Origin: Nemertoderma westbladi
Taxonomy: Eukaryota; Animalia; Xenacoelomorpha
Direction: 5' to 3'
DNA length: 37,390 nucleotides
Assembly (NCBI GenBank): GCA_032718475.1
Contig: JAUCBJ010006845.1
Span: forward strand, 1-37,390
Shown here: positions 8,762 to 21,245 of the stretch, piece by piece
Numbering within the stretch: the stretch's first letter is position 1
How the letters are laid out: every line of letters begins with the position of its first letter
Translations under genes and position numbers: made by a program
The notes under the pieces: generated by a model
What the model saw: the letters and a program-made list of their open reading frames with translations, nothing else
Databases searched by the model: none
What the model was told of the DNA's origin: nothing

Positions 8762-10733
8762 TTCTTGTAGAGTAATAGGTAAAATTGAGCTTATATCATG
8801 ACTCGCTACATCCTTTGTTGAACACTCAACTAAATTACTTAAAGAAAAGCTTAAAAATTGATATGTGTCTAAGAAACGTAACTCAATTTTTTTAGAAGTG
8901 TTTTTAATTGGGATAAATGCACTCAGTGAAATATATCATTCTGTATTTCTCGGTATAACCTTTATATCCCAATCTGTGTATTTCTTATCTCTAAATCCGG
9001 TTTGTAATATACAATGTATATCATAATTACTGGAATTGTGCCCGCAAAGTACATACAGGTATCGTTTCAATGATAAACTTCGGTTACAACTATTACAGGC
9101 TGCCGCAATATATTTACCTGTAATATGTGAATGATGTCTGTTTTTCCCTACATTATTATTTAAAGTAACATTACAATAGAAACAAAATTTTGCTTGTTCA
9201 AAATTTACAAAATCAATATTAGTAAATGAAATAGTTTTATGAGTGTATATTTCTGACCAACAACATAATTCAGTTAAATCAGTATATAATGAATCTAAGA
9301 AATCTTGAATACAATTATTATTATTTGACTTTACGAATGTTTTCAAATGACATTTTGGAGCATCAAGTAATTCACTATTGGGAACAATTAAATAACTCAC
9401 AGCACACGGTATATGCTCCTGTATAAATTGATTATTAACTGTGGGTTGTAAGATACATTCTATATCAAAGTAGGTGACAAACAATGGAGATAAGGTTCTA
9501 TCTAAATTTGTAAAACTAATGTGTGTTCTTTTTTATTAGGTAGTTTCTCTCGTTGACTTCTTCCTTGGTAGCATGCGAGACGGTGTCGATGAAGAACTTC
9601 CGCTCGAAAAAAATGAGCCAAACACCTTTCACAATATTTCCTATTCCCGATATGAAGAGCTCTCGTATTCAGCAATCGATTCAAGTTAGTTATGCAAACA
9701 TAATGATTCAGTTTAGGTACATTGTTATTTTTTACTACAAGTAATATATTTAATAACTGTTTATCAGGTGTAATTTTACTAAACGGAGGTTGTCTTAATA
9801 TAGATACAGGGGTGCATTTGTTGTCGTTATTCCAACATAGTAAATTAATTATATATTTTGAATTTTGTTTTTCAAAAAGTTTAATCGCTAACTGCCACTC
9901 TGTTGGATAATCATTTTTCCCGTTGTCAAAAATGAAATGACTCATATAATTTTTGTACGACGAAGTAAGCTGTTTGTTGTTTTTCACTTTGCTACCAAAT
10001 TTTGCGGTTATAATAGCCCATTTGAAACAGTCATTATCAGCCGATTGTACATTTATAACACATCGTTTACTCGATAGAACCTTAGGTAATTCCATATATC
10101 CATGCCCCTTAAATTGTAACGACCTACACTTAGATTCAGCTAATTTAATTTCAACCCTTAATAAAGATTTAATACGCCACCCTGAACCACGTGTGTTAAA
10201 GATGGCTATTTTTTGTAATATATTTTCCACCACATACTCAAACCATGTGTCAAAACTTTGTGATGAATCTACAGTATTAATAGCACCACCGGAAGAATTA
10301 AAATAAAAGGTTTCCAATTGCTCGCCTTCTGAAAAATGTGATCTGTACATTAATACATTTAGACCTAACCACAGTCTAAGAACATTCATTTCTTTCAATC
10401 TGTCTAATATTAACTGAAGAATATTACCTCGAATTTGCGTTAATGCTGTTTCCACATCGGGATAATCTCTAGAAGTTGGGAGGTCGTGGACATAAATTTC
10501 AAGACGATTATCGTCAGCTTCTTGTTCCCGCGTAAAAATTGTTGCGCATGTACCAAGAGCCACCCTTAAGTTTTTTCTAGATACTATATTTTTATGTTGC
10601 AGAGATTTACGCTTTCTTGTGTAGTAACATTTCAAGTGACAATCGTGTCGTAAATAATTCTCATATGTATACTCTTTATTACAGGTAGAACAAGTCAATT
10701 GATAGGTACTTGTTAGTAATTGATAGACTTGAT

Positions 10734-12817
10734 AGAGTGTTAGGTTACCCTTCTTGGGAACTGGCACCAACTTATTTGTTTTCATTTCTTGTGGGACTCT
10801 TGTTGTACGGTACATGTCTACTATGATGGGATAGATGAGCTTTAAATACTCAGGTATTTTATAGACCTCAGGGGGAACACCATCTACTCCACTGGCACGA
10901 TTGGTCTTAATGCTCTTTGCAGCAGCCTTCACTTCTGCAAAGGAGATATCACCAAATCACTAAATTAACAGAGTACTGCCTGTTCAGTGACCTAGATGCA
11001 GCCTTAACTGCATTCTTGGCCGCTGTAGTCTGTTAGAGTCGGGACTCTTACTGCGCCTTGTAGAGGTCATTTCGGCACTTCTGAACTTTGTTGTCAGTCC
11101 AGGGGGCCCGTTTCCTGTTTCGAGGGTATACAAGAACTGTTTCTGCAGCTGCTAACTTAACTGCCTCTGTGAAGGCAGTATAGCCCTCACAGTGATCTGC
11201 CGCCTCAGAGGCAAGAACCTCATACCTGTTGCTCAGCTGTAGTGTGAAGCTGGATCTCACACTTGGCTGTTGCAACAGAGAGGACCAGTCATGCCACGGC
11301 AAGGCAGATTTCATTGTTCTGCTAGCACGCAGACTAAGTCTTACCTTGGCCACAATAAGGCGGTGATCACTGGAGAAGGGTCGTAGTGTAAATGCATTAC
11401 AGTCTTGTATAGAGCTCCTGTATTTCCTACGAAACAGGATATGGTCTATGAGTCCATAGCTTTCCAGTTCGCTTCTTGAACTGGGTTCCAGCCGAAAACA
11501 ATCCATTTCCAGAGATAAAATCCTGAAGATGGACGGAATTACTGTTAACACTATTGCTATAGACCCAGGGCGATGTAGGTGATTGATGCAGACTTGCATT
11601 AAAGTCTCCCAGGAATGTTAAGAATGCATGCTGATCCACTCCATCAGTGGCTGCTTGTAGATTCTGGTAGAAATTTTCCACCTCCTCTACAGGGGCAACA
11701 CTAGTTGGAGAGTAGCACACAATCAGAACCACCTTAGGAAACTTCTTAGCCAGTCTTCCAGAACATGAGAAGTGGCAACGGATGATGCGGTTAGAGATTT
11801 GGTCTATTTTGTCCAATGCTGCATGTGCAGTTGGATTCATCAATAGAACAATTCCACCATTGCCACTATCATCTGCTGAAGCGAGGGCGAGTCGCCAACC
11901 GCCCCCCATGTCCTTAATCAGAACCTCATCAGTCTGTCCAGTCTGCATTCGGTGCTCTTGAACACCCACTGCACTAAGAGAAAGCTTATCTACCAAGGCA
12001 GTCAGCTCACCTTGTTGCATTGGGGACCCGAGTGTTAGGGTGTTTACTGAGGCTAGTCTAGTGACTTGCCTCAGATTCACCAATGGCTTTGTTGGTCGGG
12101 GTGGAACATGAGAGTAGCCTCCAACTCCAGAATCCCTCTCCCCCTCACAATCTGGCCTCCCTGGTGACCCAGGGTTTGGGCCAGAAAGGTCATCAGGAAA
12201 GGGACTCAAAGAATTGTTTGCCGCCCTCTCTCCAGTAGGGGTGAGACAGGCAGCCGGTCAGGAGATAACTGACGCCTGTGAGGCCGATTGTGTCCAGTCA
12301 TTCCACTGGCCTCTAGTGGCTGGACCTCCGCATTACTGATGTAATCCATAGTGGGGGTTGGGTGGTGCTTTTTTGCCGAGTCAGCTCTCGGGGCAAATAC
12401 CACACCATGGTTTGCCATTCTACAGGGTGGGTGTCGCAGTGGAGTCAGATATGAGGCCCATCACCCATATCTACTCTAGCGCACATGACCCACCATTGGC
12501 TGTGCAGCTCATCTGCTGGGTCATGCCCTGTACTCCTGCTGCCAGGTGCAGGTCGCAGTGAAGTGCACTCAGAGTTGACATGAGAACACTCTACTCCTGA
12601 CCAACCATTGGTAGATCACCATCTGCCTGGCCAGGCCATATACCCCTGCAGCCAAGTATATGGGTCCTTAATCCAGGACCAAGGGCGTCCTTAACCCAGA
12701 ACGAAGGGGGACCTAATTACAGGACCAGATTTGCCCTAGTAAGAAGGTCTATGCAGCTACAGGTGGCACCTCCTTTATGCTGCATGGAGGTGGCAAGTTC
12801 TCTTGAATTTCTAGAAT
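10734..12817 (-). mobile_element. Degenerate RTE-clade non-LTR retrotransposon, 5' portion (5' region, APE, start of RT), 3'-truncated
   Basis: APE motifs GVQEHR, CYSPT, FY..L, LGDFNA, IDHIL, SDHRL in ORFs 11427-12209 and 11048-11599; RT N-terminus RASGVDGVPPEVYK..LVPVPKKGNL at 10735-10932; 5' boundary approximate, next to (TGACC)n. Confidence 0.85.
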
Positions 12818-12960
12818 ACCTGACCTGACCTGAACAATTTGATGGAAGAAAAGGCCAGATTAGACAAAGCTGTTGAGATTATCATGGATATGTGATTCAT
12901 AAATTAAAAACTCAGCTAATCCTCGATGAAATCTAACCAAACTTAGTACACAGGTTGTTT

Positions 12961-13041
12961 GGCAAAAGTTTAGAAATTTTCCAAGTTGAATTTCCGTGTG
13001 GCAGAAGTTTAGAAATTTTCCAAGTTGAATTTCCGCGTGGC
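12961..13041 (+). repeat. 39-bp tandem duplication
   Basis: GGCA(A/G)AAGTTTAGAAATTTTCCAAGTTGAATTTCCG(T/C)GT occurs twice. Confidence 0.9.
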
Positions 13042-14804
13042 CTTCGAGAAGCTAAGATAATAGCAGTTAATTAGTTAATTAAGTTGATTACGAAAAAAAA
13101 ACAGCATTTTTCTGGCTGTCCGTTAATATAAATTAATTATCTTCTAGTATAAGATTTAAACAACACCATCGCACTACTCTAGCAAAGGGTAATTTCATCT
13201 ATAGGACAGGGGTAATCGACGTTTCGGTATAAGACGTTTTGGCCACGTCTTGGACCAAAGATTCACATATTCCCTCAAATAAATCAATTATAAAGTTTTA
13301 GTCTACACACTGTAATATGTAGAAGATATGCATAATACTCAGTCATTATTTTAAATACTTAGGACTACTGTTTAAAACCCTCAATCGCTATTATTATGTA
13401 CATATTATGGCCAGTCTTAGAAGGTGGTATTAGGTTAGAACCTGACGCAAATAAATTAGTAATAATTAATTATAGTTAATAAATTATACAAGTATTGTAT
13501 CAACTTCGGTATTCGTAGATGCGCACACATGTTGATGTTTTTTGCTATTTTATGATTAAATTGTTCCTATTATACATTGGTATTAGAAGCACTTAAGGAG
13601 GGGGGAGGGGGGGGGGGGGGGGGGGGGTTATCAAGATTCCAAATATGTAAACCGTTTAGCCATATATGTCTTACTTCTCGAGATATGGCTGTTTGTCCGT
13701 TTTACTGTCAGTATTTTCACGTAATCGGCAAAGCTGATTCCAAAAAAAAAAAACGTTTTAACTTCTGGAAATAAAGCATAACGTTGAAATTCATTGTATA
13801 TTTCCGAAGTTCTAAAACAAGTCTGCTTAAAAAGCCTTAGAAAGCTTAGCAACGCTGGTGCCAAGGGTGAGTAAAGTACTTTAACAAATTTTGCAATTTC
13901 ATAAAACTGACATTGCAAGTTGTTGCTATGTGACTGACAAGTATTGCAGGATATATTTACTTGCTTTATATGTAACCTATGTTGTTGTGATTATACGTGC
14001 TTGAGATCGAAAACAAAGTATACATTATATCAATAATTATAATGCTATTTAATATCCAAAGTATTCAGGCAACAGTAAACATTTTTGACTGTAAAATCTC
14101 TTGAATAATCTCTCGAATAATATTCAACATTATTTACCATTACGATATGCAATAAATAATTATGATAACCTTTACTCCATACCGTTATGTTGGTAATATT
14201 ATTATCAACACTTTTTTTTACTTCTTTAATACTAAAAAAGTGTATAACTGTTTCAAATCTTTCAATAATTAGAGAAAAGTACAGCAGAACACTTTTTCTC
14301 ATTAATTTCAATTTACCGAAATTCAACTATGATAATGATATGCGAGTAGGCCTATATTAAGTTTTGCATGAGTTGGGGCCCATGTGTAGTATTATTCAAT
14401 TCTTCACACGGCGCGAGTTGGCAGTTTTAAAAAAATTCCAACGTTTTTTTCATATGTTGAAAAATATACTTTGATGGTCTCCAGATCGTGTTCGAACCGC
14501 ACCTCACAACGAGATATAGGAGTAGAACACGGAAACAATAATCTTTCAGTTTGTTCTCTTTAACATCTTCAACGACCTAACTTGACTCGACTTCGACTGC
14601 CGTATTAATTTATCTTTATCTTATCGATTCAACTATATTTTGGCAAATAAAGATGAAATATGAACGTCAAGATAATTTCATTGTTATGACTTTATAGAAC
14701 CGCGTTTTTTTCCTGTATATTTGGCAAATGGTCTGTCTATTATATATTTAATAGTTGTACGAATTGACTGTGATTGCTATCAGTAACCCAGTCTGCCAGT
14801 TGGA

Positions 14805-15167
14805 CTAATTCTTGTCACTATTATCCGAAACATCATCCTCAGTTTCTTCTTCCTCAAACTGACCCTCAGCGAAATCGAGGTAATTAGCCTCGAGATCCAA
14901 GTCGTCGAGTACGTTGACCTCGTCCGCCACGGGCTCCCCTGTCGCCGTGTTCCTAGACAAACTATCCGACACGGTTCCCTCCCTTGTCGAGTCGCCCTCA
15001 TCCTCTGCGACTCGTTTCATCGCTATTAAACTCCGCAACGCCATCTCCTCCACCCGCAGGCGGTTCAGTTGATCCCCTAACAGGTTCCGTAGGCTGATCA
15101 GTTGTTTCTCTTCGTGCTCCAACTCGGCGAGTTGCGCATCAGTTCGGTTGCGGCGGAAATTTGCCAT
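14805..15167 (-). CDS. SNAPC5: snRNA-activating protein complex subunit 5 (SNAP19), intronless CDS
   Basis: LAELEHEEKQLISLRNLLGDQLNRLRVEEMALRSLI matches the SNAPC5 coiled coil (LQELRKEEETLL..L.DQLNRLKVEELALQSMI); acidic C-terminal tail; GC-rich coding composition. Confidence 0.88.
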   Translation of the reverse strand: MANFRRNRTDAQLAELEHEEKQLISLRNLLGDQLNRLRVEEMALRSLIAMKRVAEDEGDSTREGTVSDSLSRNTATGEPVADEVNVLDDLDLEANYLDFAEGQFEEEETEDDVSDNSDKN

Positions 15168-15453
15168 TTAGAGTTTCAGTTGTCAGAGACTGAGAGAGGA
15201 ACTAATATCAGTGTCCCTGACTCTGCCAAATAATTAATGCTATTAAAGTTTATAATTAAATAGGCCTAATTAGCCAATTAATAATTAAATAGCCTAACAT
15301 TGTCAGATAATGGCATCGTACCCTGGTGGTACCGCTACCTGTGGTTAAATTAATACTGTAATACCTCGTAAAGTGATATTGTCTAAAGCAAAGGGCTGAA
15401 GCGGGTAAACCTGTAAACAGGTAAACGCATCGCCTAGGCCTACCACCTACTGA

Positions 15454-16862
15454 GGTAGAATAAAACGTCTGTCCTTATCTGATCTGATCTGATCTGATCT
15501 GACGGCATCTGATCATATAACCAATCAGGAGAAAGAGATATAAGTAAATAGCCAATAGGGGATCAGGTTGCCATATGTTAAGTATCAGTATCATCATATG
15601 ACATAGCAGTAGGCCTTCAGGCATACCGGTATGCAGCCAAGGCAGCAAAGGCATGTTAAAAATGCGATATACAGTAGGATGAAGGATGGCGGGTATAAAG
15701 TTGTGTGATTGCCCCAGCAAAGATGGATGGATAGTTGTTTCAGATGTAAACAACTTTCGCAGATGTAGTTGGTGTTGAAACATTAATCATTTATTAAAAA
15801 CAATACAGCCTTTCTGCCTTTGCTGCAATATTTTAGTAATCTTTCTTGTTAATAGTTTATTAATAGTTAAAGTTAATTATATTAATTATAATTAATATTA
15901 TTAAATAATGATATTGTGCTTATTAGTATATTACATTTAAAATATTTATTGTTTGTTTGTTATGCTAAAGGGAAGGCAGGAAGAGGTACAGTAACTCTGT
16001 ACAGTACTGTTACTGCCGAATATGGCGAAACACTTTAACATTCCCCATATTGCCCTGATTGCCACTGATACAGTGGAGTTTATTATGCCCAGACAATGAA
16101 GGAAGATGGGAAGGTGAGTGGGAAGGTGGGAATCAAACGATGTTTTTACCTTCCAATTGAAGGAAAAGAGCAGGTTACAGCGGCGACAATTTCTAACCAA
16201 AACAATAAACGATGTTGTTGAAAATTTTCACCCATCGCCGAAAAATACAAGTTTCAGAATTCTTATGCAATTTTTACACATTCCATTGAATTCCGAACCC
16301 TCACAAATCCGTATAACGCAAGAAACCCCATAGGCCTAGTTGTTGCAATTCATATATATTCCAACGAGACTAGAACGCCTAAAACACCTATTGCGGAAAA
16401 AACAGCTTCAAATAATTAATTTACAAAATTGAAATATTTCAAAATTTGGGGCTGGCACCAAAATTTGGCACCCGCCGCTAAAAACAAGATTAAAATTTCT
16501 AGCTTATTTTATATGAATTCCTTTTAGTTAGTTCCAGTTAGTCTTTTAGTTAGTAGCATTAGTTTCAGAGAGAGGGGGGGGGGGGTGTTATATTGAGATT
16601 GACTGACATGGGCAGAAACTCCAGTACTCATTTAGCTACCATTTAATGATGCAAGGCAGAGATGCCTCGCTAAACCCTTCAAAGCATTCGTGACGAAACG
16701 AAAACTACCTTGGCCCCCATGCCGTGGTTGAACCCACAACTTCCGTGAGATGTGAATTCAATATAACCACTACACCAAGGTGGGCTCTGAACCAAGGTGG
16801 AACAAGTGTCAGATACCGTCAGATCAGATCAGATCAGATAAGGACAGACGTTTTAGCCATCC
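15454..16862. mobile_element. Non-autonomous TIR element, ~55-bp TIRs containing (ATCTG)n, flanked by a 13-15 bp direct repeat
   Basis: TAAAACGTCTGTCCTTATCTG(ATCTG)nACGG(C/T)ATCTGA at 15461-15512, inverted at 16809-16855; CCTACCACCTACTGA at 15439-15453 and 16861-16875. Confidence 0.8.
16590..16787 (-). mobile_element. Probable tRNA-derived SINE fragment
   Basis: The minus strand has an A-box-like TGGTGTAGTGG and a B-box-like GGTTCAACC at tRNA-like spacing, then a non-tRNA body; no proper cloverleaf. Confidence 0.45.
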
Positions 16863-17409
16863 TACCACCTACTGACCTACACATGCTACAGATACAGACA
16901 AACGCCTACGCATACATGTACAGAATTAGACCGCAAGCCGGTGGCCTATCCTATACCACTATACAGCAGCTATACACCTGATGATTCTCAATTCTACAAT
17001 TAAATTGGGTTTCCTGCTGAATGTGGTATGAGTACAGGTAGGCATTGGGGTAGAACTGTAGAACATGAGACTAAATCCTGTGAAGAGAGAATAATTATTG
17101 CGTTAGAGAATTAAAGAAACTAAATACTTATTTGAATGAGTTTGAAAGATGAGAAAGAATAAATGATTTGAAAGAAGCCCGTGAGGGTGAAACGGCTGTC
17201 GGCAAACTCTATTTATTTTAACTCGTGGTGTTAAGACCCCTTAAGCCCTACTACGTCCTTTCAGAAACTTGTATTCTCATTGGACCGTTGGATGACAAAT
17301 TAAAAGGCTCCTTACAAGGTATTAAATATGATATGTTGTAAGAGAGCTTTGTTATTGCTTGGCAGCTTGGGCTTGGGGTGGGAACAGAACAGATACAGTA
17401 CGAATAACC

Positions 17410-20400
17410 TAGGACAGGGGATGTTGTAGGTAGATGGAGTTGGTGGACAGGGGATGTCAGATGTAGATGGAGTTGGTGGACAGCGACAGCGACAGGGGAT
17501 GTTGTGTAGATGGAGTTGGTGGACAGGGGATGTCAGATGTAGATGGAGTTGGTGGACAGGGGATGTCAGATGTAGATGGAGTGGGTGGAGCGGGGATGTC
17601 AGATTTATATGGAGTGGATGGACAGGGGATGTTGGAGGTAAATGGGAGTTGGTGGACAGGGGATGTCAGAGTCAGGGGTAGATGGAGTGGGTTGACAGGG
17701 GATGTTGTAGGTACTAGGTAGAGGGAGTGTGTGGACAGGCAGAAAGGGGATGTCAGGGGTAGATGGAGTTGGTGGACAGGCAGACAGGGGATGTCAGAGG
17801 TAGATGGAGTTGGTGGACACGGGAAGTCAGAAGTATGGAGTGGGTGGAGCGGGGATGTCAGATTTATATGGAGTGGATGGACAGGGGATGTCGGAGGTAG
17901 GAGTGGATGGACAGGGGATTTTGGAGGTAGATGGGAGTTGGTGGACACGGGAAGTCAGAAGTATGGAGTGGGTGGAGCGGGGATGTCAGATTTATATGGA
18001 GTGGATGTACAGGGGATGTCGGAGGTAGGAGTGAATGGACAGGGGATGTGGTAGGTAGATGGAGTGTGTGGTAGGCAGACAGGGGATGTCAGAGGCAGAT
18101 GGAGTTGGCGTGGACAGGTATATTGTACTGTAGGTAGATGGGAGTTGGTGGACATGGGATGTCAGATGTAGATGGAGTTGGTGGACACGGGAAGTCTAGA
18201 AGTATGGAGTGGGTGGAGCGGGGATGTCAGATTTATATGGAGTGGATGGAGCGGGGATGTCAGATTTATATGGAGTGGATGGACAGGGGATGTTGGAGGT
18301 AGATGGAGTTGGTGGACAGGGGATGTCATATTTATATGGAGTGGATGGACAGGGGATGTTGGAGGTAGATGGAGTTGGTGGACATGGGAAGTCAGAAGTA
18401 TGGAGTGGGTGGAGCGGGGATGTCAGATTTATATGGAGTGGATGGACAGGGGATGTTGGAGGTAGATGGAATGTGTGGACAGGGGATGTCAGAGGTAGAT
18501 GGAGTGGATGGACAGGGGATGTCAAAACTAGATGGAGTGGGTGGAGTGGGGATGTCAGATTGTCAGATTTATATTGAGTGGATGGAGCGGGGATGTCAGA
18601 TTTATATGGAGTGGATGGACAGGGGATGTTGGAGGTAGATGGAGTTGGTGGACAGGGGATGTGGTAGGTAGATGGAGTGTGTGGACAGGCAGACAGGGGA
18701 TGTCAGAGGTAGATGGAGTTGGTGGACAGGTATATTGTACTGTAGGTAGATGGGAGTTGGTGGACATGGGATGTCAGATGTAGATGGAGTTGGTGGACAC
18801 GGGAAGTCTAGAAGTATGGAGTGGGTGGAGCGGGGATGTCAGATTTATATGGAGTGGATGGAGCGGGGATGTCAGATTTATATAGAGTGGATGGACAGGG
18901 GATGTTGGAGGTAGATGGAGTTGGTGGACAGGGGATGTCATATTTATATGGAGTGGATGGACAGGGGATGTTGGAGGTAGATGGAGTTGGTGGACATGGG
19001 AAGTCAGAAGTATGGAGTGGGTGGAGCGGGGATGTCAGATTTATATGGAGTGGATGGACAGGGGATGTTGGAGGTAGATGGAGTGTGTGGACAGGGGATG
19101 TCAGAGGTAGATGGAGTGGATGGACAGGGGATGTCAAAACTAGATGGAGTGGGTGGAGCGGGGATGTCAGATTGTCAGATTTATATTGAGTGGATGGAGC
19201 GGGGATGTCAGATTTATATGGAGTGGATGGACAGGGGATGTTGGAGGTAGATGAAGTTGGTGGACAGGGGATGTCAGATTTATATGGAGTGGATGGACAG
19301 GGGATGTTGTAGGTAGATGGAGTTGGTGGACACGGGAAGTCAGAAGTATGGATTGGGTGGAGCGGGGATGTCAGATTATTTTGGAGTGGGTGGAGCGGGA
19401 ATCTCAGATTTAAATGGAGTGGATAGAGCGGGGATGTCAGATTCATATGGAGTGGATGGACAGGGGATGTTGGAGGTAGATGGAGTTGGTGGACAGGGGA
19501 TGTCAGATTTATATGGAGTGGATGGACAGGGGATGTTGGAGGTAGATGGAGTGGGTGGACAGGGGATGTTGGTGGTAGATGGAGTTGGTGGACACGGGAA
19601 GTCAGAAGTATGGAGTGGGTGGAGCGGGGATGTCAGATTTATATGGACTGGATGGACAGGGGATGTTGGAGGTAGGAGTGGATGGACAGGGGATGTTGGA
19701 GGTAGATGGAGTTGGTGGACAGGGGATGTTGGTGGTAGATGGAGTTGGTGGACACGGGAAGTCAGAAGTATGGAGTGGGTGGAGCGGGGATGTCAGATTT
19801 ATATGGAGTGGTTGGACAGGGGATGTTGGAGGTAGATGGAGTTGGTGGACATGGGAAGTCAGAAGTAGATGGAGTGGGTGGAGCGGGGATGTCAGATTTA
19901 TATGGAGTTGGTGGACATGGGAAGTCAGAAGTAGATGGTGTGGGTGGAGCGGGGATGTCAGATTTATATGGAGTGGATGGACAGGGGATGTTGGAGGTAG
20001 ATGGAGTTGGTGGACATGGGAAGTCAGAAGTAGATGGCGTGGGTGGAGCGGGGATGTCAGATTTATATGGAGTGGATGGACAGGGGATGTTGGAGGTAGG
20101 AGTGGATGGACAGGGGATGTTGGAGGTAGATGGAGTTGGTGGACAGGGGATGTTGGTGGTAGATGGAGTTGGTGGACACGGGAAGTCAGAAGTATGGAGT
20201 GGGTGGAGTAGGGATGTCAGATTTATATGGAGTGGATGGACAGGGGATGTTGGAGGTAGATGGAGTTGGTGGACATGGGAAGTCAGAAGTAGATGGAGTG
20301 GGTGGAGCGGGGATGTCAGATTTATATGGAGTGGGTGGACGCGGATGTCAGATGTGTATGGAATGGATGGACAGGGGATATCAGAGATGAGGGAGTGGAT

Positions 20401-20430
20401 GGACAGGGGATGTCAGGGGGTAGGGGGGAT
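17410..20430 (+). repeat. G/purine-rich minisatellite, ~33-bp variant units with a 612-bp higher-order duplication
   Basis: Units such as GGACAGGGGATGTCAGATTTATATGGAGTGGAT and GGACAGGGGATGTTGGAGGTAGATGGAGTTGGT; the diagnostic variant TATTGTACTGTAGG recurs at 18121 and 18733. Confidence 0.97.
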
Positions 20431-21151
20431 GAACGGGGGGATGTTGGTGTTGGTAGATGGAGTTATACAGGATTTGGTAATGTTTATGATATGGATGGAG
20501 AGAATAATATCGTCCAACAGTTAGCATATCCACGAAATCAGGAAATTTTGCATGGTAATGCCACACCATCTCACAGCAGATGTCAATCTCCAGATGATAG
20601 ACGTATTTGGGACTCACCCACACGTCAAGATAACAGCCTTTTATTTTCAGTCGACAGATACTTCTTTTAATTCAGTAACTATTTCATTTTATTTCCATCA
20701 AACTTTTAACCCTTGACACATACCTATAGTATATCTTAATTTTTCTCGAATTTTATTCATATTTTATTTCCATACCTATGATCTTTATACATCTATGATT
20801 TATATATATATAATTAAAGCATTATTACATAAGTTTATTTAAAATTTTTGTTTTCCCGGCTTTAAAGTGCAATTGCGTAACTTGGCAGAATCATCGAATA
20901 CTGCAATGAATTTAGAAATATACTGTAAATTTCATGATTACATATAAGTCATATGTTACCTGCAATCTTAATTAACTGATGCATTTTATCATAATGTTTT
21001 CATAATAGGTCCCTTATGCGGACACTACAAACTGTATTATGCATTATTTTTAAACTATGTACTGTAATTTGTAACTTTTTTCTCCTATCTATTTCTTGGA
21101 CCCTATATTTCTTGTTACATACGGTATGACTTAATATTTATTTTTTTTATC

Positions 21152-21245
21152 GAATTTTATCTTTAATTAATTAATCTATTTTTTATTTATATTTTATCAA
21201 ATTTTATCTTTAATTAATTAATCTATTTTTTATTTATATTTTATT
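21152..21245 (+). repeat. ~48-bp AT-rich tandem duplication
   Basis: AATTTTATCTTTAATTAATTAATCTATTTTTTATTTATATTTTAT occurs twice. Confidence 0.85.

Larger units (their letters stand above)
3622..10733 (-). pseudogene. polB: Protein-primed DNA polymerase B of a Polinton/adintovirus-like element, disrupted (frameshift ~9530, TGA 8936-8938, LINE insertion 5440-8648, 5' end replaced by RTE)
   Basis: N-terminal GSGW..LPK..INVQ..DCFKW block; ExoI YFDIE, ExoII HNSSNYD, RFLDTYQFL, RKGVFPYEY, ExoIII YLKLDV; polymerase motifs DFNSLY, KLLNNSLFGK, DTDS, LRPKLY, RAKG; endonuclease VII-like CFYC..HHSHITGKY..CNSCN. Confidence 0.92.

Noticed and set aside
14470-14540. tRNA gene on the minus strand (GGTTCGAAC...CCA)
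   Set aside because: Only a B-box-like motif; no A-box or convincing cloverleaf.
17454-20670. Many overlapping Gly/Trp/Pro-rich ORFs
   Set aside because: By-products of the 33-bp minisatellite; open on both strands and in several frames, with frequent frame switches.
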